Shown here: positions 43,064 to 52,797 of the stretch, piece after piece
Layout: the number at the start of each line of letters is the position of its first letter
Numbering within the stretch: position 1 is the stretch's first letter
Source of the DNA: a bacterium
Lineage (GTDB): Bacteria > Elusimicrobiota > Elusimicrobia > Elusimicrobiales > UBA9959
Assembly (NCBI GenBank): GCA_021811405.1
Contig: JAJZOZ010000003.1
Coordinates: forward strand, 1-59,319
Reading direction: 5' to 3'
DNA: 59,319 bases
Program-made: the position numbers and the translations under genes
Notes under the pieces: model-generated
What the model saw: only the letters and a program-made list of their open reading frames with translations
Database searches by the model: none
What the model was told of the DNA's origin: nothing

Positions 43064-43656
43064 AAAAGATAGTGGCCATAAACGGCAGCTACAGGCGCGG
43101 CGGGATCATAGACCAGGCCGTGGAGGCCGCCGCCGCCGCGGCCAGGGCCGGCGGGGCCTCGGTGGAGACCGTGCTGCTGGCGGAGAAGAACATAGCGTTC
43201 TGCACCAACTGCCGCTCCTGCATGCAGGAGCCAGGCGCCGCGCGCGGCGGCTGCCCGCTGCGCGACGACATGGACGCCATCCTGGACGCCGTGGACGCGG
43301 CGGACGGGCTGATATTGGCCGCGCCTGTCAACTGTTTCAACCTGACGGCGGTCTTCAGGAAGTTCATGGAGCGCGGCGGCCCCTACGCCTACTGGCCGTG
43401 GGGGGCCAAGGCCCCGGCCATGCGCCTGGCGCCCGGGGCCAGGAAGGCCGTGCTGATAGCCTCGGCGGCCATGCCGGCCCCGTTCGGCAGGCTGTTCACC
43501 GGCGCGATGCGGGCGCTAAAGCTCACGGCGGCCGGAACGGGCTCGAAGGTGTCGGGCACGCTTTTTATCGGCCTGTCGGCGATGACGGAAAGGCCGGAAC
43601 TGGCGGCCGGAGACAGGCGCAGGGCGGAGGCACTTGGCCGCGGGCTTCTCGCTTAA
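43060..43656 (+). CDS. Flavodoxin-like NADPH-dependent FMN reductase / iron-sulfur flavoprotein
   Basis: INGSYRRGG, CTNCRSC...CP..DDM, ADGLILAAPV; ATG 43060. Confidence 0.85.
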   Translation: MKKIVAINGSYRRGGIIDQAVEAAAAAARAGGASVETVLLAEKNIAFCTNCRSCMQEPGAARGGCPLRDDMDAILDAVDAADGLILAAPVNCFNLTAVFRKFMERGGPYAYWPWGAKAPAMRLAPGARKAVLIASAAMPAPFGRLFTGAMRALKLTAAGTGSKVSGTLFIGLSAMTERPELAAGDRRRAEALGRGLLA

Positions 43657-43665
43657 AGGTAGATT

Positions 43666-44355
43666 ATGTTCAAAAAGATACTTCTCGTGGACGACGACCA
43701 GCTGGTGCTGAATTCGACCCGCCGCTTCCTGGAGGACAAGGGCTTCAGGGTGGCGCCGGCCGCCAACGGCTCCGAGGCCGTGGAACTGGCGCGGGAATCC
43801 CGGCCGGACCTGGTGATCACCGACGCGGAGATGAAGGGGCTCGACGGCTTCACGCTCTGCAAGGCCATCAAGGAGACGGAGGGCTTCTCCGGCATCCCGG
43901 TGATCATCGTCTCGGGCCGGAAGATCAGCGAGGACGACGTCCTGGCGGGCTACAACAAAGGCGCCGACGATTATATCCTGAAGCCGTTCTCCTTCCCGGT
44001 GCTGCTGGCCAAGATCAAGGCGGTGATGCGCCGTTACGAGGGCGTGGCCGAGAAGACGGACAAGATCAGCAGGCTCGGCATGGTGATAGACCCGTCCGGC
44101 CGCACCGTGACGGTGAACGGGGCGCTGGTCGCCCTTACGCGCAAGGAATTCGACCTGCTGATGTCCCTGATAACGGAGGAGGGCAGGCTGCTCTCCGTGC
44201 CCTACCTGCTGGAGACGGTGTGGGGCTACGACCCCGCCAGCTACAACGACCCGCATACGGTCGGGGTGCACGTCTCATCGCTGCGCAAGAAGCTGGGCGC
44301 CGGGATAGGGGCCCATATCGTCAGCGTCACCGGCCACGGCTATAAATTCGAATAA
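43666..44355 (+). CDS. OmpR-family response regulator
   Basis: LVDDD, ITD, GADDYILKPF, LTRKEFDLL, VHVSSLRKKL, GHGYK. Confidence 0.93.
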   Translation: MFKKILLVDDDQLVLNSTRRFLEDKGFRVAPAANGSEAVELARESRPDLVITDAEMKGLDGFTLCKAIKETEGFSGIPVIIVSGRKISEDDVLAGYNKGADDYILKPFSFPVLLAKIKAVMRRYEGVAEKTDKISRLGMVIDPSGRTVTVNGALVALTRKEFDLLMSLITEEGRLLSVPYLLETVWGYDPASYNDPHTVGVHVSSLRKKLGAGIGAHIVSVTGHGYKFE

Positions 44356-44441
44356 AGCGATTTGACGCGGATTTGACCATTCCTTGCTGATAGCCGTAAC
44401 CCCGCTCCGCTAGAATATATTCGCGGAGAAAGGAGGGGGTT

Positions 44442-45350
44442 ATGGAAATCCAGGGCAGAACCATAAAGCTCGCCTTCGCGGCTTCCACGGCCGCGCTGCT
44501 CCTGGCCCCGCCCTGTTCGGCCTCCGAGGACGTCTACAGGAAAATGGCGAACGACTTCGCCCGGTACTCCGCCGCCCGCAACGTGCGGAACCTGGCCGTC
44601 ATCGGCTTCGCCAGGAAGGCCCGCACCTCGCGCGAGGAGAGCGAGTACGTCTCCGAGAAGCTGTTGTCCTCCCTGGTCGCGTCCGGCAAGGTGAACCTGC
44701 TGGAGCGCGCGCAGCTCGGCAAGGTGCTGGAGGAGCGCCGCCTGGCGGCCTCCGGCATCACGGACGAGACGGAGGGGGAACGCAAGCGCATCAACCCCAG
44801 CGACGCGATAATCGTGGGCACCATCTTCGGCACCCGGGACAAGCTCAAGATCATCGCCAAGATGATCGACCCCCTGACCGGCGAGGTGCTTCACACGGTG
44901 GAGGCGCAGGCCGACAGGCAATGGGAACTGATGCCGGACGACCCGGATTTCCAGTTCGAAGTGCCGGACCTGCGCTCGCTGGCGGAGATGTTCCGCGACG
45001 AGGACATCCAGCCCCAGCCGGTGGATTTCCGCGACGCCCCGGCGGGTCTGGGCACCGAGACCTGCAACGCCAGGCGCGCGAGGCTGGCGGCCATGCAGAA
45101 GGCCGCCCTGGCCGCGAAGGCGAAATACTGGGCGATAAAGATGCGGGACCCTTCCTTTTCCAGCGCCGGGCTCAGGCGCAACCCGGGCGGGGAGATCATG
45201 GACAAGGAGGACAGGAAGAAGTTCTACGCGATGCTCAGCGACCTGCACCGCTCCCCCGTCCCGGTCGAGGTTTCCGTTCCCGAGATGAACGCCGTGATAA
45301 AGCTGATGGAAGAGGAGGAGCGCGTCTCCGACGACTGCGGGCTGCACTGA
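44442..45350 (+). CDS. Exported CsgG/FlgO/TolB-N-like domain protein
   Basis: Signal peptide, LAVIGF, LLERAQLGKVLEE, DAIIVGTI, AKMIDPLTGEVL. Confidence 0.65.
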   Translation: MEIQGRTIKLAFAASTAALLLAPPCSASEDVYRKMANDFARYSAARNVRNLAVIGFARKARTSREESEYVSEKLLSSLVASGKVNLLERAQLGKVLEERRLAASGITDETEGERKRINPSDAIIVGTIFGTRDKLKIIAKMIDPLTGEVLHTVEAQADRQWELMPDDPDFQFEVPDLRSLAEMFRDEDIQPQPVDFRDAPAGLGTETCNARRARLAAMQKAALAAKAKYWAIKMRDPSFSSAGLRRNPGGEIMDKEDRKKFYAMLSDLHRSPVPVEVSVPEMNAVIKLMEEEERVSDDCGLH

Positions 45351-45369
45351 CGCGCTCCGGGACGGCCGT

Positions 45370-46953
45370 ATGAACGGCAGGGGCGAAATACTGGTGGTGG
45401 ACGACGATCCTGACATAGCGGAGCTGGTCGCGGCGGGGCTTTCGCGCGCCGGCTACCGGGTCACGCACGCCTGCTGCGGCGAGGAGGCCCTGGAGAAGGT
45501 CGGGTCGGCTGAATTCGACCTGGTGCTGCTGGACATCATGATGCCCGGGATGGGCGGCCTGGCGGCCCTCAGGGAGATCCGGAAAGCGGCCCCGGCCGCG
45601 GAGGTCGTGATGCTGACGGCCCACGCCTCGCTGGATACCGCGGTGGCGGCCATGCGGCTCGGCGCCTCTGACTATATCAGGAAGCCGTTCACCATCGAGG
45701 AGCTGGCCGCCGTGGCGGAGCGGGCCGTGGAGAAGAGGCGCTTCGCCGAGGTGGCCGCGGCCGGTTTCCGCTCCAGGTCGCTCGACGAGGTGGCCGGGCA
45801 CGCGGCGGCGGCGGCGGCCAGGCTGTTCGGGGGGGAGGAGAGCGCCGTCCTGCTGGAGGAGGGCGGCGGCGAGTTCCGCGTGGCCGGCGCCAGCGGCGGG
45901 AACGCGGTCCGCCGCATGGACCTCTACCGCTGCGCGATGTTCCTGCTGGAGGGCTCGGCCGGAGAGCCTCTGGCGCTGGAACCCCCGGCCGAGCCCACGC
46001 TCTCCCCGCTTATCGGCGCGGCGGGCCTGGCCTCGGCCCTGTTCGTTCCGCTGATGGAGGAAGGTAAACTTACGGGGGCCGTCTGCGTGCTGCGCCTTGC
46101 GGGCGAGCGGCCGTTCAGCGAGGCCGAGGCGGGCAGGGCCAGGCTGTTCGGGCCGCTGGTCGCGCTGGCGCTGCGCAACAGCAGGCTCAGCGGCCAGCTG
46201 TGGGAGGCGCGCGAGCAGCTGGTCCAGACTCAGAAGATGGAGGCCCTGGGGCTCCTGGCCAGCCAGATCTCGCACGATTTCAATAATTTGCTCGCCGTGA
46301 TAATAGGCTCCATGCAGCTGATCATGGAGGGTCCGGACCGCGGCCAGGGGAAGCTGCCGGAAGAGGTGCTGAAAATGGCGCGGGACGCGGAGGTGCTGGT
46401 CAAGCAGCTGCTGCAGTTCGCCCGCGGGGCCGAGAGCGAGGCCCGCCCGTCGGACCTCTCCGGCGCCCTCAACGACATGAAGGGGCTGCTGTCCAGGCTG
46501 CCTGGCCCGAAGGTCAGCCCGCGCTATTTCCAGGAGGCCGGGCTGCCGCCGGTCAGGATAAAGCCGGTGCACTTCAAGCAGATAGTCCTGAACCTGGTCT
46601 CGAACGCCAAGTTCTCGGCCTCGGAGAGCTGCGGGGTGACGGTCTCGCTGCGCCGCGCCGGCGCGGCGGAGCCGCTGCCGCCGGGGATGGAGCGGGAAGG
46701 CTGCGTGGTGCTGGAGGTGGCCGACGACGGGCCCGGCATCCCGCGCGAGATAATGCGGTCCATCTTCGAGCCGTTCTTCACCACCAGGGCGGAAGGTAAA
46801 GGCACGGGGCTCGGCCTGCACATAGTGCGCACGCTGGTCACCGGGTGCGGGGGGGAGATACTGGCCGGCAACAAGGAAGGCGGCGGCGCGGTGTTCAGGG
46901 TCTTCCTGCCGTCAGAAGAGGCTAGGAAGCGATCTTCTCCAGCAGGTCCCTGA
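45370..46953 (+). CDS. Cytoplasmic hybrid histidine kinase (REC-GAF-like-HisKA-HATPase)
   Basis: VVDDD/LLD receiver, SHDFNNLL, NLVSNA, DDGPGI, FEPFFTT, GTGLGL. Confidence 0.9.
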   Translation: MNGRGEILVVDDDPDIAELVAAGLSRAGYRVTHACCGEEALEKVGSAEFDLVLLDIMMPGMGGLAALREIRKAAPAAEVVMLTAHASLDTAVAAMRLGASDYIRKPFTIEELAAVAERAVEKRRFAEVAAAGFRSRSLDEVAGHAAAAAARLFGGEESAVLLEEGGGEFRVAGASGGNAVRRMDLYRCAMFLLEGSAGEPLALEPPAEPTLSPLIGAAGLASALFVPLMEEGKLTGAVCVLRLAGERPFSEAEAGRARLFGPLVALALRNSRLSGQLWEAREQLVQTQKMEALGLLASQISHDFNNLLAVIIGSMQLIMEGPDRGQGKLPEEVLKMARDAEVLVKQLLQFARGAESEARPSDLSGALNDMKGLLSRLPGPKVSPRYFQEAGLPPVRIKPVHFKQIVLNLVSNAKFSASESCGVTVSLRRAGAAEPLPPGMEREGCVVLEVADDGPGIPREIMRSIFEPFFTTRAEGKGTGLGLHIVRTLVTGCGGEILAGNKEGGGAVFRVFLPSEEARKRSSPAGP

Positions 46954-47281
46954 TCTCGTCTATCCCGAAAGGCTTTATCAGGAAGCCCTCCACCTCCACT
47001 CCGGGCAGCAGCGGGCTCTTCAGGTTGGAGACGGAGCCGGTGATGGCCACGATCTTCAGCCCCGGCCGGCGCTCGCGGATCCTCCTGATCACCTCTTCGC
47101 CGCGCATGTCCGGCATCTTCAGGTCGCAGATCACGGCGTCGAAGCCCGCGGCCTCCACCGCCGCCAGGGCCTCCCGCCCGCAGGAGGCCTCCGCTATCTC
47201 CCAGCCGCGGCTGGCCAGGGCCCGGCGCACGTACTTGCGCACCAGCTCCTCGTCGTCGACTATCAGGACTTTGCCGGGCAT
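46922..47281 (-). CDS. Single-domain response regulator
   Basis: IVDDE, ICDLKMP, ITGS, KPF; 119 aa. Confidence 0.9.
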   Translation of the reverse strand: MPGKVLIVDDEELVRKYVRRALASRGWEIAEASCGREALAAVEAAGFDAVICDLKMPDMRGEEVIRRIRERRPGLKIVAITGSVSNLKSPLLPGVEVEGFLIKPFGIDEIRDLLEKIAS

Positions 47282-47283
47282 GG

Positions 47284-48822
47284 TCAGGGTACCGGCAGCT
47301 CTATGGTGAAGCTGGAGCCCTTTCCCGGGGCCCCTTCCGCGGAGATCCTGCCTTTGTGGGAGTTGATTATCCCCAGGCAGACGGAGAGCCCCAGCCCCGT
47401 CCCCTGGCCCACCGGCTTGGTGGTGAAGAAAGGGTCGAACAGCTTGCCGGCTATCTCCGGCTTTATCCCGGCGCCGGTGTCGGAGACCGTGCTGACTACG
47501 GCCTCCCCGCGCAGCTCGGTGGCGACCGTCAGCTGGCCGCCGTCGGGCATAGCGTCGCGCGCGTTGGTGAAGAGGTTCAGGTAGACCTGCATCAGCTGCT
47601 GGAAATCCGCGCTCACCAGCGGCAGTCCCGGCGCGAGCCTCTTCTCGATGCGGATATGCTGCAGCTCCATCTGGCGCGAGCAGAGCGTCAGGGTCTCCTC
47701 TATCACCTCATTGACGCTGCAGGGCTCCATGTGCTCCTTCTCCTGGCGGGAGAACGACAGCAGCGAGACGATGATCTTCTTGCAGCGGAAAACGGCCTTC
47801 TCTATGTCCTTCAGGTCGGCGTAGTTCTGGCTGTCCTTCGGCGTGTTCTCCAGCACCAGCTGGGTCAGGCCCAGTATGCCGGACAGCGGGTTGTTGATCT
47901 CGTGGGCGAGGCCGCCGGCCAGCTGGCCGAGGGCGGACATCTTCTCCGCCTGGATCAGCTGCTCCTGCGTCTCCCTCAGCCTGCGGTAGAGGCTGGAATT
48001 GCGCAGCGCCAGGTTCACCAGCGAACCGAAGATCCTGGCGCGCTGCAGGTCGTCCTCGGTGAAATGCGCCTCGCTGGCCAGGCGGTTGATGTTGATGAGG
48101 CCGGTGGGCCTGTTCTCCTCCATCAGCGGCAGGAAGAGCGAGAACTTCACCCCCTCCAGCCCGCCGAGGTCCGCGAAATCTGCGTTCCCGGAAGGGTTCT
48201 CCACGAGGATCAGCGGCCTGGGGGCGCCGTCCAGCCGCTCCAGCGTCCGCGCGCACATGGCCAGCCGCTGCTCCTTCACGGGCCCGTCCTCCACTCCGGC
48301 CGACACCGCTATGCGCGGCTTGCCGTCCTTGTCCGACAGCACGAGCAGCGACTCCTCCGCCTTGAGGATGCGGGCCACCGAGTCCACTATGACCCGGAGC
48401 TGCTCCTCCGGCTTCACGGTGGAGAAGATGGCCCTGGTGATATCGTTGAACCTGCGCTTCTCGAGAGCCCGCTCCACCATCCCCAGCAGCTCCCTGACGT
48501 CGAAAGGCTTGTGCAGGTAGTCGAAGGCGCCCTTGCGCAGGCTCTGGATGGCCGTGCCCATGGTGCCGTGGCCCGTGGCGATGATGACCTCTATCTCGGG
48601 GTCCAGCTTCTTCAGCTCTCCGAGCGCGGTGATGCCGTCCATGCCCGGCATCTGTATGTCCATGATGGCCAGGTCGAAGTCGCCTTCGGCCGCCAGCTTC
48701 ACCGCCGTCTCGCCGTCCCCGGCCACGGAGATCCCGTAGCCGTTGGAGGTGAGCGCGTAGGAGATCAGCTCCGCGATCTGGGGTTCGTCGTCCACCACGA
48801 GGATGTTGGCTTTGGCGGTCAT
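47284..48822 (-). CDS. Cytoplasmic hybrid histidine kinase (REC-GAF-like-HisKA-HATPase)
   Basis: VVDDE/IMD receiver, AHEINNPL, NLFTNARDA, DTGAGI, FDPFFTTK, GTGLGL. Confidence 0.92.
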   Translation of the reverse strand: MTAKANILVVDDEPQIAELISYALTSNGYGISVAGDGETAVKLAAEGDFDLAIMDIQMPGMDGITALGELKKLDPEIEVIIATGHGTMGTAIQSLRKGAFDYLHKPFDVRELLGMVERALEKRRFNDITRAIFSTVKPEEQLRVIVDSVARILKAEESLLVLSDKDGKPRIAVSAGVEDGPVKEQRLAMCARTLERLDGAPRPLILVENPSGNADFADLGGLEGVKFSLFLPLMEENRPTGLININRLASEAHFTEDDLQRARIFGSLVNLALRNSSLYRRLRETQEQLIQAEKMSALGQLAGGLAHEINNPLSGILGLTQLVLENTPKDSQNYADLKDIEKAVFRCKKIIVSLLSFSRQEKEHMEPCSVNEVIEETLTLCSRQMELQHIRIEKRLAPGLPLVSADFQQLMQVYLNLFTNARDAMPDGGQLTVATELRGEAVVSTVSDTGAGIKPEIAGKLFDPFFTTKPVGQGTGLGLSVCLGIINSHKGRISAEGAPGKGSSFTIELPVP

Positions 48823-48961
48823 GATAGTATTGAATTGTATAAAAAAAGACGGGGAGGAAAAGGGGGGCGACAGGGAGTATCCCCCCGGAAGAATTAAGAA
48901 AGCCCCTCGCGCGTCCGCCTTTCGAATCCCTCACGCGCGACATAATGATGGCGCGCTCCTC

Positions 48962-49007
48962 AGCTTTTTAAAGCAAAAAACCCACTTGCGTGGGTTTTTT
49001 AAAAAGC
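48962..49007 (-). terminator. Terminator downstream of tRNA-Ser
   Basis: aaaaaaccca-cttgcg-tgggtttttt hairpin with extended agcttttt/aaaaagct arms. Confidence 0.7.
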
Positions 49008-49009
49008 TT

Positions 49010-49094
49010 CGGAGAGGGAGGGATTCGAACCCTCGAGGGTGTTACCCCTACAGGTTTTCGAGACCTGCTGTTTCAACCGCTCACACACCTCTCC
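49010..49094 (-). tRNA. tRNA-Ser(CGA), CCA not encoded
   Basis: Acceptor GGAGAGG/CCTCTCC, discriminator G, anticodon arm CAGGT-CTCGAAA-ACCTG, long variable arm, GGTTCGAATCC T-arm. Confidence 0.95.
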
Positions 49095-49181
49095 ACAATG
49101 CCGCAGCAGCGGCAAAACTAGATTATATAAAATCGGGAAGCCGGGCGGGCGTCCGGGCGGGAATATTGCTCGGAATTTGAA

Positions 49182-49211
49182 TTGCCCGCCCGACTGCGGA
49201 AGAAATATAAT
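49182..49211 (+). promoter_or_regulatory. Promoter for mgtA (likely leaderless transcript)
   Basis: TTGCCC, 18-nt spacer, TATAAT ending 7 nt before ATG 49219. Confidence 0.55.
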
Positions 49212-49218
49212 CCTATTA

Positions 49219-51876
49219 ATGAGACTGCCGTTCGAAAAACTGGTCCCTTCCCGCGTCAGGCAGGGCGTGAAGTCCCAGGCCTCCGTCCTGTCGGACAACG
49301 ACCGCCGCCTGCAGGGCGTCTGCGCGCTGCCGGCCGACAAGGCCCTGGCGGAGCTGGGTTCCTCCCCCGCGGGCCTGGCCCCTGGGCAGGCCGCAGCGGC
49401 AAGGGAGCGCTGGGGTTTCAACGCGCTGTCCAGGAAAGAGAAGAAATTTTTCGTCTTCGAGATACTCGACCGCTTCAAGAACCCGCTGGCCGTGCAGCTG
49501 CTGGTGATTGGCATCATCTCGCTGTGGATCGGAGACGTGCGCTCCGCGGTGGTGGTGGGCGGGATGGTCTTCCTGAGCGTGGTGCTTTCGTACGTGCAGG
49601 AGACGCGCTCCGGCAAGGCCGTGGAAGAGCTGCAGAAGATGGTGCAGGCCAACACGCTGGTGCTGCGCGGCGGCAAGGAGACCGAGATCCCCACCGTCGA
49701 GCTGGCGCCGGGCGACGTCGTGGTGCTGCACGCCGGCGCGATCATCCCGGCCGACCTGCGGCTGATCTCCGCCAAGGACTTCTTCCTGAGCCAGTCGGCG
49801 CTGACCGGGGAGTCCATGCCGATAGAGAAGGCCGCCGAAATTTCCGGCGAGCCGCCCGCCTCGGTCATAGAGCTGCCGAACGCCTGCTTCCAGGGCAGCT
49901 ACGTGGTCAGCGGCTCCGCGCGCGGCGTGGCCGTCAATACCGGCGAGCGCACCTACCTCGGGTCCATCTCGGCGCGGCTGGCCGGCGAGAAGACGCAGAC
50001 CAGCTTCGACCGGGGCATCCAGGACTTCACCTGGCTGATGATCCGCTTCATGGTGGTGATGGTCAGCCTCGTGTTCCTGATCGTGGGGCTGACAAAGGGC
50101 GACTGGCTGCAGGCGCTGCTGTTCGCGATGTCGGTGGCCGTCGGCCTCACCCCGGAGATGCTGCCGATGATCCTGACGGTGAACCTCTCCAAGGGCGCGC
50201 TGGTGATGTCGAAGAAGAAGGTCATCGTAAAGCGTCTCCACTCCATCCAGAACTTCGGCGCGATAGACATACTCTGCACGGACAAGACCGGCACGCTGAC
50301 GCAGGACCGCATAGTGCTGGAGAGGTTCGTGGACGTGGCCAACCAGCACAGCGACGACGTGCTGCGCTACGCCTACATGAACAGCTACTACCAGACCGGC
50401 CTGCGCAACCTGCTCGACCGCGCTATACTCTCGCACACGGACCTCGACGTGGAGCGCAGCTGCCGCAAGGTGGACGAGATCCCGTTCGACTTCCAGCGCA
50501 AGAGGATGTCCGTCATCATAGAGTACGAGGGCTCGCACGTGATGATCACGAAGGGCTCGGTGGAGGACATCTACAGCGCCTGCGGCTCCTACCAGCTCGA
50601 CGACGAGGTGCTGCCGCTGATAGACGTGATCAAGCGCGACCTGATGGAGGAGTACGAAAGGCTCTCCCGCGCGGGCTACCGCGTGCTGGCCGTGGCCTAC
50701 AAGGAATTCCCGAAGGACAGGACCTCGTTCGGCGCGAAGGACGAGTCCGACCTGGTGCTGCTGGGCTACCTCGCCTTCTTCGATCCGCCGAAGGACTCCG
50801 CGGCCCGGGCGCTGGCGGGCCTGGAGCGCATGGGGGTCGGCATAAAGATACTCACCGGCGACAACGAGCTGGTGACGCAGAAGATCTGCAAGGATGTCGG
50901 CCTGGGCGAGGGCGGGGTGCTGACCGGGGCGCAGCTGGCGGCGATGAACGAGACCGAGTTCGCCGCCGCGGCCGGGAAGGCCAGGGTGTTCGCCCGGCTC
51001 TCCCCGGCGCAGAAGGAGCAGGTGATAGCCGCGCTGCAGAAGGCGGGCCACGTGGTGGGCTTCCTCGGCGACGGCATCAACGACGCGCCCGCGCTGAACC
51101 TCGCCGACGTGGGGATCTCGGTGGACACGGCCGTGGACGTGGCCAAGGAATCCGCCGACATCATCCTGCTGGACAAGGACCTCGTGGTGCTCGAGGAGGG
51201 CATCATAGAGGGCCGCAAGGTCTTCGGCAACATCACGAAGTACATCAAGATGGGGGCGAGCTCCAACTTCGGCAACATGTTCAGCGTGGTCGGCGCCAGC
51301 TACTTCCTGCCTTTTCTGCCGATGCTGCCGATCCAGATCCTGATGAACAACCTGCTCTACGACATCTCGCAGACGGGCATCCCCACCGACAAAGTGGACG
51401 AGGAGTACCTGCAGAAGCCCAAGAAGTGGAACATCGGCAACATCAAGAAGTTCATGCTCTTCGTCGGGCCCATCAGCTCCATCTTCGACTACGCCACGTT
51501 CTTCCTGATGCTCTACGTCTTCGGCTGCGCGGCCTTCCCGGCCTCGGCGGGCACGCCGCAGGCGGCCTACCTCGAGAAGCTTTTCCACACCGGCTGGTTC
51601 GTGGAGTCGCTGCTGACGCAGACCTTCATCGTCTACATCATCCGCACGAAAAAGATCCCCTTCCTGCAGAGCACGCCGAGCATGGGCATGGTCTTCGCCA
51701 CCGCGATGGCCGTGACGGTGGGCGTGTTCCTGCCGCATACCCACTTCGCCGGCAAGCTGGGCTTCGTGCCGCTGCCGGGCGCCTACTGGCTCTGGATAGC
51801 CGGCTTCCTGCTGGCGTACGCCGTGCTGACGCACAACGTCAAGACCTGGTTCTACCGCAAGTTCGGAGACGACTGA
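49219..51876 (+). CDS. mgtA: Magnesium-translocating P-type ATPase (P3B)
   Basis: LTGES, AVGLTPEMLP, DKTGTLT, DEIPFDF, GDGINDAP, SSNFGN, LFHTGWFVES. The ORF-track start overlaps the tRNA, so ATG 49219 was used. Confidence 0.95.
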   Translation: MRLPFEKLVPSRVRQGVKSQASVLSDNDRRLQGVCALPADKALAELGSSPAGLAPGQAAAARERWGFNALSRKEKKFFVFEILDRFKNPLAVQLLVIGIISLWIGDVRSAVVVGGMVFLSVVLSYVQETRSGKAVEELQKMVQANTLVLRGGKETEIPTVELAPGDVVVLHAGAIIPADLRLISAKDFFLSQSALTGESMPIEKAAEISGEPPASVIELPNACFQGSYVVSGSARGVAVNTGERTYLGSISARLAGEKTQTSFDRGIQDFTWLMIRFMVVMVSLVFLIVGLTKGDWLQALLFAMSVAVGLTPEMLPMILTVNLSKGALVMSKKKVIVKRLHSIQNFGAIDILCTDKTGTLTQDRIVLERFVDVANQHSDDVLRYAYMNSYYQTGLRNLLDRAILSHTDLDVERSCRKVDEIPFDFQRKRMSVIIEYEGSHVMITKGSVEDIYSACGSYQLDDEVLPLIDVIKRDLMEEYERLSRAGYRVLAVAYKEFPKDRTSFGAKDESDLVLLGYLAFFDPPKDSAARALAGLERMGVGIKILTGDNELVTQKICKDVGLGEGGVLTGAQLAAMNETEFAAAAGKARVFARLSPAQKEQVIAALQKAGHVVGFLGDGINDAPALNLADVGISVDTAVDVAKESADIILLDKDLVVLEEGIIEGRKVFGNITKYIKMGASSNFGNMFSVVGASYFLPFLPMLPIQILMNNLLYDISQTGIPTDKVDEEYLQKPKKWNIGNIKKFMLFVGPISSIFDYATFFLMLYVFGCAAFPASAGTPQAAYLEKLFHTGWFVESLLTQTFIVYIIRTKKIPFLQSTPSMGMVFATAMAVTVGVFLPHTHFAGKLGFVPLPGAYWLWIAGFLLAYAVLTHNVKTWFYRKFGDD

Positions 51877-52652
51877 TGAAAAGCATACTCACCGCGCTTC
51901 AGGAAGGCAGGCTGATAGAGCTGCCCGAGACCGACAAGGAAAAGGCCCTGCGCTACCTGGCCACGATACTGGAGGCCATCCCCGACGTCAGCGCCAACGT
52001 GGACGTGGCCGAGGGCGTGCTGGAGCGCGAGAAGTCGGCCAACACCGGCATCGGCCGCGGCTGGGCCTGCCCGCACATACGCGTGGACGGGGACGGCGAG
52101 CTGTTCTCGGTGCTGGGCTGGAGCCCGGCCGGCATAGACTACGGCGCGCCCGATGGTAACAAGGTGCACCTGCTCGTGATGTACTACATCCCCGGCAACC
52201 AGCGGATGGCCTACCTGAAGGAGCTTTCCGGGCTGGCCAAGTCGATACAGGCGGGCCGGGGCATAGAGAACATAGAGAAAGCGGCCGCGCTCAACGACGT
52301 GCGCAACGAGCTGCTGAACTGGGTCTCCGCCTCCATAGACACCACGATGCCGCAGGCCAAGGCGCGCATGATCAAGCTGGAGGCGAAGCAGGCCCTGGCG
52401 GCCGAGCAGGCGCTGGCCGCCCCGCAGGCGCTGGAGCGGCTCGTCCCGCTCTACCTGCTGGCCGGCGCGGGGCCGAAGCACATAGCCCTGTCCCAGGACG
52501 CCGAGCTGGTGAAGCTGCTGGAGGCGGCCGAGATCGGGCCTATCGGGGAAAAGCAGGATTTCGAAGCGGGGTCCTACAAGGTGTTCGTCAGGTCGCGTTC
52601 CGCCTACAAGGCCGACCGGGTGCTGTACGACTGCATAGCGGTAAAACGCTGA
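51876..52652 (+). CDS. PTS EIIA type-2 (Ntr/Fru-like) domain protein with C-terminal extension
   Basis: VLEREKSANTGIGRGWACPHIR, GIDYGAPDG..VHL; TGATG coupling to mgtA. Confidence 0.85.
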   Translation: MKSILTALQEGRLIELPETDKEKALRYLATILEAIPDVSANVDVAEGVLEREKSANTGIGRGWACPHIRVDGDGELFSVLGWSPAGIDYGAPDGNKVHLLVMYYIPGNQRMAYLKELSGLAKSIQAGRGIENIEKAAALNDVRNELLNWVSASIDTTMPQAKARMIKLEAKQALAAEQALAAPQALERLVPLYLLAGAGPKHIALSQDAELVKLLEAAEIGPIGEKQDFEAGSYKVFVRSRSAYKADRVLYDCIAVKR

Positions 52653-52670
52653 GCCCGCCGCCGGGAAGCG

Positions 52671-52703
52671 AAAAAAGACAGCCCCGGGCTGTCTTTTTTC
52701 TTT
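52671..52703. terminator. Bidirectional terminator
   Basis: aaaaaagacagcc-ccg-ggctgtctttttt. Confidence 0.8.
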
Positions 52704-52797
52704 ATAAAACCGCGGAGTCTCAGGAATGAAGTTCGAGACTACTTCGCGCAACATCCCGAGGAATCATTATAAATACCGCTTTCGATCCGTTTTAGCG

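Noticed and set aside
49010-49094. tRNA-Ser as the integration site of the lower-GC island
   Set aside because: The island lies 4 kb away on the 5' side of the tRNA, and the only partial copy seen is inverted, not a direct att repeat
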